Shown one piece after another: positions 62,473 through 64,000 of a stretch of 64,000 nt of DNA. The translations under genes and the position numbers were made by a program. Location: positions 64,001 to 128,000 of the forward strand of contig JAXHNB010000005.1 of assembly GCA_034520945.1 (NCBI GenBank). Direction: 5' to 3'. Source of the DNA: Trueperaceae bacterium (GTDB lineage Bacteria > Deinococcota > Deinococci > Deinococcales > Trueperaceae). The number at the start of each line of letters is the position of its first letter. Position 1 is the first letter of the stretch. The notes below the pieces were generated by a model that did not search any database, was not told the origin of the DNA, and saw only the letters and a list, made by a program, of their open reading frames with translations.

Positions 62473-62673
62473 GCGCTGTGGCCCGGGGAGCGCGGCGGAC
62501 GTCGCGGGAGGGGCCGAGCGCCCGTGTGGCACGAGAATTCGTGGTGTACGATTTCACATGGAGCACGGCCTGTCCGCGTGTAGACTCTGGCAACTCTCCC
62601 GGCCGATCCGTGCGAAGCGCGGCGGCGGCGTTCGGCGCCCGTCCGGGCCCCCGACTTTGATCTGGAGGCAGGC

Positions 62674-64000
62674 ATGAGCATCAGGAACGGAATGGCACCG
62701 GCACGGCCGCTGTGGGTCCTCGCCGCCCTTCTCGCGGTCTTCGCCTTGGTCCCCGCCATGGCACAGTCGTCCGTGGACCAGCTCCGCAGCGAGGCGGAGG
62801 CGTCCCCCGAGGATCCGCGCGGGTGGGTGGCGCTGGGCAACGCGCTGTTGGACGAAGAGGACGCGGACGGTGCGAAGGACGCCTTCCTCGAGGCGGTCGC
62901 GTTGGAGTACGCGCACTGCGACGCGCACTACGGGCTCGGCCTGGCCGAGTACGACCGAGGCGACTACCAGGCCGCGTTGTTCGCGTTCAACGAGGTCACG
63001 CGCTTGTGCTCGGACCGTTTCGATGGGCACTACAACCGAGGCGTGACGCTGTCGCAGTTGCGCCGACCGGCCGACGCCGCCGAGGCGTTTCGCGAGGCCG
63101 TCGCGCAGGCGGAACCCGAAGCGTCGTCCGAGGATCGCGTCATGGCCTGGGTCGGCTTGGCCGGCCAACTCAAGCGGACCGAGTCGTACGCCGAGGCCGC
63201 CGACGCGTACGACAGCGCCCTCACCATCCGGCCGACCGACGACGAACTGATCTACCTTCGGGCCGAGGCGCTGTGGCGGGCCGGCGAGGGGCTCGAGGCG
63301 CTGCCGGAACTGACCGACCTGGAGGGACGCACGCGCGACTACCGCGTGAGCTCCCTCATCGCCGACATCTACGTCGACGAGGGCCAGGTGGACCGGGCCC
63401 TGCGGTCGTTGGACCGCGCCCTTCGCCAAGCCCGCGAGGCGGACAACGACGAAGCGGTCGCCAGCCTGCAGGTCAAGCTCGGGTTGCTGCAGCGCAGCCT
63501 GGGGCGCGACGCGGACGCGGCCGACAGCTTCCGGCGCGCCGTCGAGGCCCATCCCGACAGCTGGGAGGCGCAGTACAACCTGGGCGTGAGCCTGCTGGAA
63601 GCGGGTCAGCTTCAAGATGCGTTGTCGGCGCTCGAGACCGCGGAATCGCTGCGCCCCGAAAGCGGGGAGGTCGCGCTGGCGCTGGCCAGTGGGTACGACC
63701 AGGCCGGCCGGCCCGAGGACGCCTTCCGCGCGGCCCAGCGGGCCGCCACCAGCCTTTCGGACAGTGAGAGCGTGACCGAGGCCCGCTTCATCGCCGGCCG
63801 GAGCGCCTACCGCCTGGGAGACTACGGCCAGGCACGCGAGTTGCTGGAGCGCGTGGTGGACGCCAGAGGCGACGACGCGGCCGCGCAGTTGTGGGCCGGT
63901 CTGGCCGCGTACCAGCAGGAGGCGTACGCCGCGGCCATCTCCTACTACCAGCGCGCCGTGCAACTGCGGCCCGACGACCCCACCGCCCGGGTCAACCTGG
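62674..64000 (+). CDS. Exported tetratricopeptide-repeat protein (runs off the window)
   Basis: SD GGAGG then ATG 62674; signal peptide ending AMA-Q; repeated TPR units (W..LG, AHYGLG, HYNRG, AQYNLG, AV.L.PDDP); no stop before the window end, so it is absent from the ORF track. Confidence 0.85.
   Translation, partial: MSIRNGMAPARPLWVLAALLAVFALVPAMAQSSVDQLRSEAEASPEDPRGWVALGNALLDEEDADGAKDAFLEAVALEYAHCDAHYGLGLAEYDRGDYQAALFAFNEVTRLCSDRFDGHYNRGVTLSQLRRPADAAEAFREAVAQAEPEASSEDRVMAWVGLAGQLKRTESYAEAADAYDSALTIRPTDDELIYLRAEALWRAGEGLEALPELTDLEGRTRDYRVSSLIADIYVDEGQVDRALRSLDRALRQAREADNDEAVASLQVKLGLLQRSLGRDADAADSFRRAVEAHPDSWEAQYNLGVSLLEAGQLQDALSALETAESLRPESGEVALALASGYDQAGRPEDAFRAAQRAATSLSDSESVTEARFIAGRSAYRLGDYGQARELLERVVDARGDDAAAQLWAGLAAYQQEAYAAAISYYQRAVQLRPDDPTARVNL

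Overview
High-GC (roughly 70% by eye) bacterial chromosome segment. The 16S sequence, the unlinked 16S gene, the many leaderless genes and the gene repertoire point to Deinococcota, probably Trueperaceae-like. Very acidic exported proteins and an ectoine cluster suggest a halotolerant lifestyle. Most of the window is housekeeping or transport genes: metF, metH, tag, tmk, a stand-alone 16S rRNA gene, an Opp/Dpp transporter, hisF/hisIE, glpX, tRNA-Ala(CGC), two ABC exporters, ftsH, glgC and rlmN. The most interesting parts are: (1) an ~11 kb ectoine/hydroxyectoine uptake and catabolism cluster (ehuABCD, eutB, eutC, divergent eutD-like hydrolase). It lacks the canonical eutE/doeB deacetylase, atf/doeD transaminase, eutA and enuR, and instead carries a translationally coupled trio (MetB-family PLP enzyme, ACT-less homoserine dehydrogenase, aldehyde dehydrogenase), with face-to-face promoters sharing one GntR-type operator. 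This is a candidate alternative degradation route. (2) A tandem duplication of a lipoprotein with a 7-bladed FG-GAP propeller whose 165-bp blades are homogenised except at a few hypervariable positions, like a diversifying receptor. (3) A candidate ~90-nt sRNA with anti-Shine-Dalgarno C-rich motifs. (4) A duplicated promoter/boxA/processing-stem module upstream of the 16S gene. (5) A 569-bp internally deleted IS701-family element sitting in a stop codon. All calls come from reading the sequence and motifs; no searches were run.
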